DNA from: Novakomyces olei
Lineage: Eukaryota
Assembly: GCA_016906335.1 (NCBI GenBank)
Contig: JADEYG010000007.1
Span: 2,108,001 to 2,172,000 of the forward strand
Direction of reading: 5' to 3'
DNA length: 64,000 nucleotides
Shown: positions 1-12,234 of the stretch, one piece after another
Layout of the letters: each line of letters starts with the position of its first letter
How positions within the stretch are numbered: position 1 is the first letter of the stretch
Program-made: the position numbers and the translations under genes
Notes under the pieces: model-generated
What the model saw: only the letters and a program-made list of their open reading frames with translations
Told to the model about the DNA's origin: nothing
Database searches by the model: none

Positions 1-242
1 GCTGCCGCCGCGAGGAACCGTTTGTCGTTTGAGATACATAGCCGATTCACTTGTGAATCAGGGTGCTGAATCGTGTGCGAGCAGATCCCACTAAGAGCTT
101 CCCAGAAGCGAATTGTATGGTCATAGCCGGCCGTCACCAGCAGAACCGTATGCTGCTGGCTGCCCGAAGGCGACGGCATTGCTCTGTGACAGTTTGGGGT
201 ATCTGATTATATACAGTGCAATCGTGACAGCAGCATTTTTTG
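1..242 (+). ncRNA. Candidate structured ncRNA 3' end with Sm-type site (probably truncated by window start)
   Basis: Nested complementary segments 1-13/222-234, 82-90/195-205, 120-126/184-190, 130-135/172-177, 137-143/153-159, 162-164/169-171, 97-101/105-109, followed directly by ATTTTTTG (235-242) and then AT-rich DNA; no ORF of 60 aa or more. Confidence 0.35.
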
Positions 243-970
243 AATATTTACGAATATTATACATCTAATTGTTCTAATTGTATTATACACTATGATACAC
301 TATAATACACGAATAATACACAAATAATACACGCTGTAGTGTCCGCTAATACAAAGTAAATCACGGTAAAATCCAGCTAGAGTATATTACCTTAGTCGAC
401 TAAAGTTGTACTTGTTGGGCTTTAGCTATTCAAGTTTTGCATTGATCAGATTACTGCAGCGACGCAGATTATGGGGCGCGACACGGACCACGAGCGTGAC
501 TCTTTGCCTATTGAATGCGCTCTCGACGATGCATTCGCAATTGCTATTGTCTCGGCCAAATCGTGGATGGAATATTACGCAGCGCAATATTAGGACAAGA
601 GACGCATTGCGCAGCGCCAAGACTAAATTGATAAAATAAAAAAGATTGTTCACGTCCACTTCCACGTAGTGTCTACGAGTATAGTACATTACTCGCCAGT
701 AAACAAAGGTGTACAGTATCCATACAATCACCCGCGCCAATTCTACATATACCGATTAATTTATCAAGCAAAACAATCCTATTAAACAGGAAGAGACTGC
801 TATTATACTGTCAATCATTACTCCGCCCGACGACTCGATACATATTACATAATACCGAATCCCACACAAGCGCTTCACCATTCCTCTGTATAAGCCACCG
901 CTGCTTCCGGAAACGGACCGGCAACGACAAGATTGACGTCAGGGTTCATTCTATTTATATTCTTATATAA

Positions 971-1906
971 ATGAATGAAACGGGGCCAATTGAACCAGTC
1001 AGCTATCATAACAAACCGACTCTGCAAAGCGCAATGTCGACGGCGACAGCGATGGCCAATACAGCACGCGAACAGCCGCCGCCTTATACTTCCGTGACGG
1101 ATCCGGTAGCGGATCCGTTTGCGGACGGCGGCTTTGCTCCCGAAAAGAAACTGCACCATTCAACATCGCAAAGGTCTTCGCGACACAAGAGTAGCAGCAG
1201 CGGCAGCAAAAAGCACAGCCATCGCCGCAGTGCCTCTGTTGATCCAATTGACCAGCTGGACGGTTCCTTCAACGGCAAGTATCATCACGATGGGCCCTTT
1301 GATGCGGCCACAATAGCACGCAATGCTCCACAGGTACCAAGAGACGCTCGGCCATTGGATGCAGTTCGTACGACAAACCAACTGGCTCTGGACGCGACAC
1401 CGGCCAGGTTTGTTCGAGATTCATTGCAGAACCATGTTCCCTTGCAGGGCGTAGGCAATGTTCCGCCCGGCGAGAGAGTGGATGGGACAGGGCCGCCTCT
1501 GGAGTATCAGGAGGAGAATATGCTAAAGGGCATGCGGAGGTGGAATGGGATCGAGTACCAAGACTCGGATATTAAAGCACATGGACCGCGCGATATTGAT
1601 GATGAGTTGGAGCGCAGAGCTTACGCCCGGCGTCTACGTAAAGAGCAGGGCAGAAACGTGGATCCGGACCAGTTTGGAACGGTGCAGTATGACGGAGACC
1701 ACGAGCTGGAGCCGCTCAATGGGAAAGCGGGTGCCAGTACAGCGACTGAGCATGTGGAGGCAGCAGAACCAGACTATAAATATGGGCCTACAAGCACGTT
1801 ACGGCCGGATAGTGGTGAAGCTGGCAACAGCCACTCGCGATCTAGCTCGACGGGCTCGAACAAGCTTGGCACGCTCAAGAAGAAACTGTCGCTGCACAGA
1901 AAGTAG
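971..1906 (+). CDS. PAL1: Pal1-family cell morphology/endocytic protein
   Basis: 311-aa ORF with DPIDQLD...YHHDGPFDAA..RN motif of the Pal1 family. Confidence 0.85.
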   Translation: MNETGPIEPVSYHNKPTLQSAMSTATAMANTAREQPPPYTSVTDPVADPFADGGFAPEKKLHHSTSQRSSRHKSSSSGSKKHSHRRSASVDPIDQLDGSFNGKYHHDGPFDAATIARNAPQVPRDARPLDAVRTTNQLALDATPARFVRDSLQNHVPLQGVGNVPPGERVDGTGPPLEYQEENMLKGMRRWNGIEYQDSDIKAHGPRDIDDELERRAYARRLRKEQGRNVDPDQFGTVQYDGDHELEPLNGKAGASTATEHVEAAEPDYKYGPTSTLRPDSGEAGNSHSRSSSTGSNKLGTLKKKLSLHRK

Positions 1907-2481
1907 ACTCGCCTCGTTTTGCATAGATGAGAGGTGACGAGGGTTGCATGATGATGTACATGTGGGATTATTACTGCTCTGCTTTATGTTACGATCTGAT
2001 TATATGTCTGGTCTCATGTCGGTAATGTCTGGTCTCATGTCGGTACTTTTATTATAATTCATTACAAGATTGACGGATTATCATACTCGCAGATTATAAT
2101 TAATTTATATATTTTCATTAGTATGCTAGATTCAAAAAACTCTATCGTGTAAGTTTTAAACAGCATATTATTATAAATTATTATAAATTAATTATTATGA
2201 ACATTTATAAATTAATTATTTTAATTAATTATTATGAATTAATAGGAGCCAACGTCTAAAACAAATGTAATGTAAAAATATGGCAACAAAGTATAATGTA
2301 TACACTGTCTCGTAAAAGTACACGGGATATTGCAAATAATAATTTTAATAAATATAATGTATGGTCTAAATTATTGTAGTAACAACGCCTTACCACTCTG
2401 TAATCAGGCGAGGCAGAGTATTCAGAGCCAATCGCCAAACCTGGCGACTGAGTCTGGCGTGCCGGCACCATTACATAAGCA

Positions 2482-2949
2482 ATGTCGTCGAATGCATACT
2501 ATGAGCTTTATCGCCGAAGCAGCTGTGGACTGGCTTTAACAGACGCGCTGGATGGTCTTATTGAAGAGGGCCGCATCACTCCGCAATTGGCCATCAAAGT
2601 TCTTTCACATGTAATGCGCTGCCATTCTGTTTGATCTTTGGTCTAATTTCTTTAGTTTGATCAGGCTATGAGCGATGCGCTAGAGCAGCAAGTACGTGCG
2701 CGCTTGACTTTTAAAGGCAGCTGTACTACTTATCGGCTGTGCGATGAGGTTTGGACGTTTGTTTTACGGGATGCCAGTTTTCGTATGGAGAACGATACTG
2801 TCAATACGGATCGTATAAAGATTGTAGCATGCAGCTCAAAGGTACTTTTTGTCGGTTTTTTTTATTATTATTTAAGGCTTTTTATTATTTTTTCCCTAGT
2901 TGCCAACGATCGTGTGCTAATTAATTCAACAAAGCGGCCTGGTGAATGA
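2482..2949 (+). CDS. TOA2: TFIIA small (gamma) subunit; exons 2482-2610, 2656-2841, 2935-2949
   Basis: [24 protein letters not shown]...[12 protein letters not shown]...[12 protein letters not shown] introns with CTAAT branch points. Confidence 0.95.
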
Positions 2950-3256
2950 GCAAGTGTACATAAAATATCACCGACACTCCAAACTATTCGGAAGGAGTCT
3001 GAATACTACAGTCGGACAAGAAAAAAAAATTCTGTCTTGCAAGACCGCTAGAATGCCTATTATGGAGGAAACGGCTGCAGGCATATCCTCTCTTCCCCAT
3101 ATTGAGTACTAATACTAATCACATGCAAAGATTATAAATTGCCTTGAAATCTACCATTTGTCAATTTCTAGGTCTATTATACAGGAAAAGAAGATTTTGA
3201 CCTTGCCTGTATTCTGGCCGTCTAATATCCATTCTTTTGTACAATAAAATACTAGC

Positions 3257-4438
3257 CTATTTGGCTATAGCTTCTGCCGCCAACTGTTGCTGAGCCTCGG
3301 GCGCCAGTAAATCGCCAGGATGAACAAACGTCTTGGATGCTTCGTAGACTGCTTTCAATGCAGTCTCGCTTACAGGAACCATCGCCTTTGAAAGAGCACG
3401 AAGGCAGTTTACCACTTTTACGATCTCCAGACGCACCCGCACATCTAAAGCCTCATTTGCGTCCGAGTAAAGGGCTAAAGAAGCCTGCTCTTCTAAGCGT
3501 GTAAACTCATTAGTTGCGATCGCAGAATTGTGTGCCATAACCCAAATGAATCCATTGACACCCAGAAACACATCCACTCCATTCTGCAATTCAAAAATGT
3601 GTGATTTAGACCGAACAACCAGGTAGGAGGGTACACGGAAAAACGTTCCATTTCGTAATTTCCCGTACTTTAAGGAACGTGTGTGGAGGGATACGGATCC
3701 GTCGCCATGCAAAGATTGGACTTCTGCAACGAGCAAGTCACGTTCCCGAAAAAATTGGCGCATTTGTAGTTCATCACTCTCTAATTTTCTACGCTGAATG
3801 CCCCCGGGTAAATTGATGGATGACAGAGCCAAACTCGCGTCTTGTGCCGCACCAATATCGACTTTCCACCGCTTTGCTTGTACCTTATTATTAGATTTTG
3901 AAATTGATGTTTATAGAAACAGATTGATAAAGACGTTTGACAAAAGATCAACATCTACATGAAAAGATACAAGCTTACTCCCGTGATCCGGCCAACAACT
4001 AAATCACCAATTTGCGGCGAGTACCGACCTTTAAGAGGCCGTACGGAGACAAGTTTATTCACTTTAGACACTAGACCCGCCACAGAGGCATAGACTCTTT
4101 CGCCGTCGTCAATAGTTCCATGACCCCTAATTGATTAGCAAATGAATGTAAAAAGAAAATGATCCAAAAGATTATGGCCAAAGGTACCGCATAAACTGTG
4201 GGTCACGCGTTATCGTTTGTCCCGGTGTCACTAATTGCCGAAGAGCACTTGGCGCTTTATCGTAAGTCTCTTCGTCATCGATAGCGATTGTGTCGAGCAA
4301 AGCTCGCGCATGTGAAGGCCGGTTGTCGTCATCTTCAGCCATTTCAAAATCGCCATCTTGATCGATCCAGACTGTAGTCGCCTCAGATGGATCAGCACGC
4401 CACGAGGAAACTGGCCGCGAGAATTCTATACTCGCCAT
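3257..4438 (-). CDS. RRP4: Exosome cap subunit Rrp4, two introns
   Basis: LVTPGQTITRDPQFMR|GHGT...; LSSINLPGGIQRRKLESDELQMR...SLHTRSLKYGKLRNG. Confidence 0.95.
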
Positions 4439-4510
4439 TTGCAAAACAATAATTTGACAGAGGCCTCTATATTCCTAATCCAATGGCTATCTTCACGGTA
4501 GAACTTCTTT

Positions 4511-4536
4511 CTAGGGTTTACCCATACTAGGGTTTA
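4511..4536. promoter_or_regulatory. Paired TAGGGTTT (AAACCCTA) boxes upstream of RRP4
   Basis: ctagggttta...ctagggttta; the same motif recurs in other promoters. Confidence 0.5.
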
Positions 4537-4986
4537 TGAAATCTTGCAATACTTGACTGATGATTTTATTTTCGAGGATTTATTTTTGAGGATTTGTTTT
4601 GTGTATTGAGTGATATGACCAAATTGAATGCGTAAATATTATGACTATTGTCTAAAATGTTAGCTATTCTATGCTTGCCGTCGCCATAGTCGGCTGTGGA
4701 CTTCCAGTCGTGCCCGTAAAATATGATTAGATTAATTATTAGGCATCATAAATAATCATTGTAATCTTTCTCTTACTCCTTGTCTAAAGAGTTCTATAAT
4801 TCAAATCATAATCGCTCCAAGAAAGGCAGAAAGACGAAAAATTAAACGAAAAGATATAATGAAGACCATGCGAAAAGAGCCATATCGGAAAACAGGTTAG
4901 TCTTATTTTCTTTTTCCTTCGGAAACCATAAAATAGGAATTTAGATATTAGACTAAAATAAAACCATACATTAATAATAAACCTAA

Positions 4987-6456
4987 TCACTCTCCGCCAA
5001 CCTGAAACTCGTCACGCACAGCGTGAGCAAACCTCTTGACGGCCTCGTCCATATCACCAAAAGACGCAGATACAAACGTGAGCCGAAAGTTCAGTGAAGG
5101 CGGAGCAGAGACTTCAGCGGCCTTGTCCGTCTTGAACCACGACCCACAGGCTACTAGAGATCCATACTTGATGGCCCTCTGGAAAATCTTTTCCTCTATA
5201 GTAGCAAAATCGGCATCCGATTTGTATTCAGGGTGCCGTTTGCCGTCCAGTTCGAGCCAGACAAACATGCCAGCTGCCGGTGATACCCACGATACAATTT
5301 CTCTGGGCACGTGAGCCTCCAGAGCACGCAGTAGATGGTTACGTCTGGAAGTATAAGCAGAACGGACATATATAATCCAGGAAGCAAAGCCTTCATGTCC
5401 CCAATAGTTGAAAAGCGCGTTCAAAATCGATTGGGCAAAGCCAGAAGGCGACTGAATTGATAATTCATTATAGCGATTAATACGCTCTATAAAGCGGGCG
5501 TTCGCTGTAATAAATCCTACACGTGACCCGGGAGCAATAACTTTGCTAAAAGAATCCATACGGACTACTCGTCCGTCAGTGTCCATCGACACAAACGAGG
5601 GAACAAGCGACTGCCTCAGCTCTGAAGCATTTTTTGGTTGAATCGAGTCATCTGCTGCGGAAGTCGCAGAGGTATAAGGCTCCATTTGCAAGAAATAATA
5701 AGGCTCGTCCTCAAGGATAATCAAATCGTGCTTACAAGACACTTTGTAAATATCACGTCGGCGCTGAGCGCTCATAGTGGTGCCCGTAGGATTTTGTCCC
5801 GAGGGAATGATGTAAAGCAAATGAGGCCGACGAGCTTGGCGAGCCGTCTCGTCCCACTCACTGAGGACACGATCCAGTGATTTCGGATCGACTCCTTCAT
5901 GATCCAGGGTCAAACCAAACACGTTGAGGCCTATTGCTTCTGGCGCCAAAATACTGGCGGGAAAAGTGTACTCCTCCACGAGTATCGAGTCTCCCGGGTT
6001 CCCGAGAGTACGCAAGACCGAGTCCATAGAGTTTGTACAGCCAACAGTCAGAATAACGGACCAGTCAGAGTAAGGCGGCTGATGGAAGTAGGCAGCGTGC
6101 TCTTTACAAAACTGAAGCAAAGGCTTCAACCCGGTAGCCTGTCCATATTGAAGAGCCACCTGGAGATCAAGGACAGGGTGCTGCGGATCTTTGTTTTTGC
6201 CGTGAACGACGACGGTAGTAGGCGACTCTTTAATTTCTTCAGGAGTAAATTGGTCTAGCGTGGCAACGCGAGCTTGTAGCTCTGCAAAAGGGAAATAGTC
6301 AGGATTTGGAAGTCCGCCTGAAAGTGCCAGCATGCCTGGTTTCATGAATAAAGCGGCCGCCTTCAGTGGCGAAGGACGCCGACGACGCGATTCTTCCGAT
6401 AAGTGGTGCGACAAGTCAAGAGCCGGTTTAAGCACATTCTCTCCGTCTGCTGTCAT
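4987..6456 (-). CDS. ARO8: Aromatic amino acid / 2-aminoadipate aminotransferase (class I PLP)
   Basis: LSGGLPNPDYFP, ALQYG, GQNPTG, EDEPYYFLQ, RMDSFSKVIAPGSRVG (PLP Lys). Confidence 0.9.
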   Translation of the reverse strand: MTADGENVLKPALDLSHHLSEESRRRRPSPLKAAALFMKPGMLALSGGLPNPDYFPFAELQARVATLDQFTPEEIKESPTTVVVHGKNKDPQHPVLDLQVALQYGQATGLKPLLQFCKEHAAYFHQPPYSDWSVILTVGCTNSMDSVLRTLGNPGDSILVEEYTFPASILAPEAIGLNVFGLTLDHEGVDPKSLDRVLSEWDETARQARRPHLLYIIPSGQNPTGTTMSAQRRRDIYKVSCKHDLIILEDEPYYFLQMEPYTSATSAADDSIQPKNASELRQSLVPSFVSMDTDGRVVRMDSFSKVIAPGSRVGFITANARFIERINRYNELSIQSPSGFAQSILNALFNYWGHEGFASWIIYVRSAYTSRRNHLLRALEAHVPREIVSWVSPAAGMFVWLELDGKRHPEYKSDADFATIEEKIFQRAIKYGSLVACGSWFKTDKAAEVSAPPSLNFRLTFVSASFGDMDEAVKRFAHAVRDEFQVGGE

Positions 6457-7227
6457 TTTCACGTGAAAAATAGAGAGCAAAGAGGTGTAATTCGTACTGG
6501 ACTGACAAAGCTTTAAAAGACAAACGGTTCACGCGCTTATTGCCTCGCCGTGAAGACACAATGGTTTATCGTTGGCACAATCAAGAATTGTGATAAAAAT
6601 ACGGGATATAGATTAGGGCGAGATAAGACGTGCACAATTACGCTCAATTCCAAGTAAAAAATTGGCGAATAATGTGAGCGCGAACGGAGATTTTATTTTT
6701 ATTCTTCTATTATTATATCGAATCGAAAAGTTTAGGGAACAACACTTCTTTACTTATAACGTCCGGCAAGCTGCTGCTACGATTACTTTTAGTACGAAGA
6801 GGCCAGGCTAGTTTCATCACGTGATTCGTCACGGATACTGAAATACGGGCGTTGCGAAACGCGGTACTGACCGAACGAATTGGTTTAATTGTAAAGACTT
6901 TGCTGACGTTTTATTCGTTTATATCGAATGCCTCATGCAGACAGAATTGGCATTTTCGTATTACGCAGGACTAGTTTATTCTCAATGGGTATGGGTATTA
7001 TTGTATGGCCGTCTCCTGCATGAAAGAATATTGCCTAGTATCCATATTATGATGCTTATAAAAACGATATCACACTCGTACATTGATAAACTCATGTATT
7101 GACATCAACAAGACATTTCTAAATACTAACTGGAAAACATGTAAAGCAACGCAGCAAAAAGAGTCCCAGCCTTCGCACGTAATAAGTCTCAAATAAGAAA
7201 AGGAACTAGCAAACAGGGAATTATCGG

Positions 7228-8114
<887 letters not shown>

Positions 8115-8769
8115 TGGGCGCTAATCACGCTAAATCGCGCTTACTATCTGCCCGTCGAGCGCACAGAATCGACCAACCCCAGTGACCGTAGATGAGATAA
8201 AGATGAAATAAAAATAAATAAAAGGAGCTCGCTGTTTACAGAGGAATAAACAGTTCGAGACTGCACGGCCGTCTTAATAAATTCGATAGCAAAATAAGCC
8301 TTGATCGAAGGATAAAAGCAAGCAGATACTTTTAAACTTTCGAGCGTCGATAATCGACAACAGTGCGACTGACGCAAACAGACGCGCGCGAGTATATTCG
8401 CAAAAAGGGACTTTGCAATCTAATTTGTGTATTAATTCAGTAAGGTATAATCTATTTTAGATCTCGACCGTATATTAGATTTATTGTTGTTTGCTTTATT
8501 TTATATATTGCGCACACCACAGTTCGCATCAATTATGCTCGCTGGCTTACTTGTTTTCACTTGCCTAAAAATAAAGTAATCTTATAGTCTGTCCTTGTAA
8601 CATCACTATTATGCTGACTTGACGCGCCAAGAAGTCGTTTCATGGGCACACACTCTCTCCTGGATTGCAATTTAATTTACAATAAATGCGCGCAAAATTA
8701 ATATTATCCAAGCCATTGATGTAGAGCTGCTCAAAAAAATTTCAAAATCTAGGCCAACAAGATCCAGTT

Positions 8770-9660
8770 TCAGACAGAGAGCCGTGGCTTACACGGGGAT
8801 ACACCGGATATACATGCAAAACAGAATCCTCGTGAGCACACGTGATCCTGCGTACTTTTGTCCGCTGTATTGACACCAGGATCGTTGGCAATGGCCATAG
8901 TACTTTGCCCAGCAATTTTATTCGATTTTTGCCCATTACTGTTTCTAGTGCCGGGTTTCGTAGTATCTTCGGTAGGAGCGGTTGCACCGGCCTTCCTCCT
9001 TCCTGTAGCTTTCTTGTCTATAGGAGAACTGTTTTTGCTCTTGCTCCGATGAAAACCTTCGCCTTTAACTTTTCTAGTAAACTTTTCTGTCTCGCAAATG
9101 CCATTTATGCCATTCCTAGCCACAGCATTCGCTTCGATCGTGTCCCCCTCAGTGCCTTCAGTATTACTGAGGCCATTCGTGCTCTCACGCCTTGGCATAC
9201 TTGTCTTGCCAAGCGGCGAGTGCAGTTTCAACTTTACAGGCGTGACGGCTAAAAGCTCGTCCGCGTCTATATGTACTTGCTCGTTGCTGTCTTGCTCCTT
9301 TAGAATGCCATGCGGCCGACCTCGAGCCGGGTAGAGCACATCACTCCAACGGCCTCCTAGACTGCGAACATGGCCCCTGTCTACAACGATTTCACCTGTA
9401 ACGATATCCACTTCGTCCACACATTCATCGGACGCGTGACCGTATTTAGCATACAACCGGTTCAGCTTGTCTTCGAATCTTTGCGCTAACAAAGCGCGTT
9501 TACTATCCAACAAATCCGCTTCATTGTCGGTTTCGCGATCCGGTGTTGTATATGCGTAATATTCATCACCGCTTGCGCTCTCTGTCAAAGTCCAATTGCA
9601 CGCGTCAGACTCTCGCGAGTCGCGTATTGTACGACGACGCTTTGCCGACGAAGGGAACAT
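8770..9660 (-). CDS. SCM3: Scm3-domain protein (CENP-A chaperone family)
   Basis: RFEDKLNRLYAKYG...DEVDIVTGEIVVDRGHVRSL (Scm3 domain pattern) plus C-terminal CSRGFCFAC. Confidence 0.75.
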   Translation of the reverse strand: MFPSSAKRRRTIRDSRESDACNWTLTESASGDEYYAYTTPDRETDNEADLLDSKRALLAQRFEDKLNRLYAKYGHASDECVDEVDIVTGEIVVDRGHVRSLGGRWSDVLYPARGRPHGILKEQDSNEQVHIDADELLAVTPVKLKLHSPLGKTSMPRRESTNGLSNTEGTEGDTIEANAVARNGINGICETEKFTRKVKGEGFHRSKSKNSSPIDKKATGRRKAGATAPTEDTTKPGTRNSNGQKSNKIAGQSTMAIANDPGVNTADKSTQDHVCSRGFCFACISGVSPCKPRLSV

Positions 9661-9670
9661 TAGTAAACGA

Positions 9671-9830
9671 ATAAATATAAATATAGATATAAATATAAAT
9701 ATAAATATAAATATAAATATATATAAATATAAATATAAATATAAATATAAATATAAATATAAATATAAATATAAATATAAATATAAATATAAATATAAAT
9801 ATAAATATAAATATAAATATAAATATAAAT
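9671..9830. repeat. (ATAAAT)n microsatellite filling the SCM3/EMC4 divergent intergenic
   Basis: Direct reading. Confidence 0.98.
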
Positions 9831-9866
9831 AATATAATTAATGAATAATAAATCAGTCCCGCAGCA

Positions 9867-10421
9867 ATGACAAACGAATGGTTCGAAACGTACTCACAGC
9901 CTGATCGAGCGGGAAAGGCCGTCGCGAATAATATAGCATTGCCAGCGCCACCCGGATTTCGTCAGGCTCCTGCCAAAAATGCAGGCAAAAAATCTGCCGC
10001 AGGAAGCAGCACTAGCAGCAATGTCGCAATAAGTCAAACAGAGCGTGAAGATATAATGGTAAAGAAAGCTTGGGAGGTTGCCATCGCCCCAGCCAAGCAA
10101 CTGCCAATGACGGCAGTTATGATGTATATGTCGGGGAACAGCTTACAAGTTTTCTCTGTGATTATGACAGGAATGGCCTTGGTGACGCCGATAAAGGCAT
10201 TGTCACAGCTTTTACAGGGCCAAGTATTTAATACACTGGAGACTAAAGGCACTTATTCCCGTCTGCAAATGCCTAAGCTTGTGTTTTTAGCACTCCAAAT
10301 TCTTGCTGTTTTACTGGGAATTTTGAAAATGCAGTGGATGGGCTTGTTGCCGACTACGAGGAGCGATTGGTTGGCATGGGAGCCACGTCAGCAGCCAGAA
10401 TACCTTGTGCAATGGCGGTAG
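9867..10421 (+). CDS. EMC4: ER membrane protein complex subunit 4
   Basis: KKAWEVAIAPAKQLPMTAVMMYMSGNSLQVFSV...KMQWMGLLPTTRSDWLAW. Confidence 0.95.
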   Translation: MTNEWFETYSQPDRAGKAVANNIALPAPPGFRQAPAKNAGKKSAAGSSTSSNVAISQTEREDIMVKKAWEVAIAPAKQLPMTAVMMYMSGNSLQVFSVIMTGMALVTPIKALSQLLQGQVFNTLETKGTYSRLQMPKLVFLALQILAVLLGILKMQWMGLLPTTRSDWLAWEPRQQPEYLVQWR

Positions 10422-10642
10422 CATAATTGTGAAAAAAATATAAAGTCAAATCGGACGCATTCAAGTGTAAAAAGAGCGTGACCATTGAACCTGTACGGCT
10501 TTAGCCACCAAGGGAATGGATTGGCAAGAAGTTGGAGAGATCTAGATTTAATATACGCTTCTCTTTTACATATTTATAGATTTCGTCAGTGCGAATATAA
10601 ACGGCTTTGAACGCGGTGTAATGCAAAAGTGTATTGATAGAT

Positions 10643-11754
10643 TCAAGTATGGCCTGCATCCCCTTCCACCGCTATTTGCACGATTTTCCGCATAAACTCG
10701 TACTGTGCCCATCGATCAGCGGTATAATCAAGATCGTACCACCAGTTTATGGCGATGCATTTGCCCTCCTCATCTTCTGATTGGTGTACCTTATGGAACC
10801 ATAGAGACGGCAGGTAGAGAATCTCGCCCGGCTGCAAATGCACGGTAAGGGGCTGCGCCAGCTCCCGCCAATCGGGACCAGCAGAGTCGGGATCTTGAGT
10901 AGCCCAGAAAGTAGAGCCTGGCTGTAGCACTGGCACGAGATCTTTGTTGTACCGGGCACGCTCAAACTGCTGCTCCTTGACCAGCCACAGGCAATGAGGC
11001 GGAAGGAGGACAAAGCGTTTGCTCCCACATACTTGCGCGTACAAGTTCTCGTACGGATCTTTGTGCAGACTAGTCGTGCTTTCATGATTGCCGATCCAGA
11101 TATTTGCAGCATCGAGCTCAGTCTCAAAGGCTGCCCACGGCAGTTCCGCCGGGATGTGCTTTAGCAGAGAGGCAAACTCGCTCTGCAAATTGCCGTTCTG
11201 CAGCTGCACATACCGAACTCTGCCCTCTTTTCCGTCTTTCACACTGGCGCCACTCAGCCATTTCATCATCTCACTCAGGCGCATTCGCGTCTCGTACGGC
11301 TCAACAAACACGCCGTCTACGACACTGTCTGCCGCCCTAATATTAGAAGTGCACTACTTTACATAAAGGTTCTCTGTATCTTGTCTCTCGATCTGATTCT
11401 GGCCGGCCGACTCTGCCAACTCTGTTTGTCTCTGTTTGTCTCTGTTGCCTCTGTTTGCCCTGATACTTACCCCTGCGGCGTCTCTGCCACCGTGATTTCT
11501 GCATCATCCATAGCCGCAACCAGATGGCTTGCCGACCAGTCAAACTGGAGAATCTCTCGCGGCATTGCGTCTGCACAGTGCAGTTAGTCTCTGGCACAGG
11601 ACGGGGCTCTACTCTCAAATATAACGGGCCGATTGCGGTTTACGATACGCTGAAACTCGGCAGCCGTAGGCGGACCATCGTGGACTGCTACGCCGCTGCC
11701 AACGTTAAAGGCGTTGTAGTCGCTGACGAGCTCGTGCAGTGCTTTTTCAGCCAT
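10643..11754 (-). CDS. JmjC (cupin-8) oxygenase, JMJD7-like, two introns
   Basis: QLQNGNL, NIWIGN..STTSLHKDPYENLY, LYLPSLWFHKV, AINWWYD; HxD...H iron ligands intact. Confidence 0.9.
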
Positions 11755-11857
11755 ACATTGCTCTGCCACCTGTATGTCCTCGATAGATATAACAATGCCA
11801 ATATAAAAGTGAAGCAGTATTGCTGAGGTATATACATAGTGGAACTCAAACGCGTAC

Positions 11858-11884
11858 TAGGTTTAGGGTTTGCTAGGGTTAGTT
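11858..11884. promoter_or_regulatory. TAGGGTT box cluster upstream of the JmjC gene
   Basis: taggtttagggtttgctagggttag. Confidence 0.5.
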
Positions 11885-12234
11885 TGGTAAACCTGGATTA
11901 GTTGGAGCACGAATACACATATATAGCCTACATAGCCTAATATACTATCCTTCTTTACATATTATATATAAAATATATATAATCGACTGCAATTGACTTA
12001 CAATGACTTGGACTGCACTAACATAGAGCGGTGTTGGCACCAGTGATCCATGGCGGCACGTTTATACTTCGGATCTCGGTGCAATGCTCACACCTGCCTA
12101 CATAATCTACAAGGCTTTGAAATTTTTGGTCTATTGTAACAATATTACTAGAAACTTTTCTGTGTTTTAAACCCCCAAACTGGAACCTTTTGTTTATTTG
12201 CAACTCTTCTCCTTTTTGCGAATTGTTTTACACT

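Noticed and set aside
211..230. AGTGCAAT resembling RNase P CR-IV
   Set aside because: No matching CR-I/CR-V P4 pseudoknot strands nearby
406..740. Short ORFs upstream of PAL1
   Set aside because: TTG starts, no motifs; probably promoter or UTR sequence
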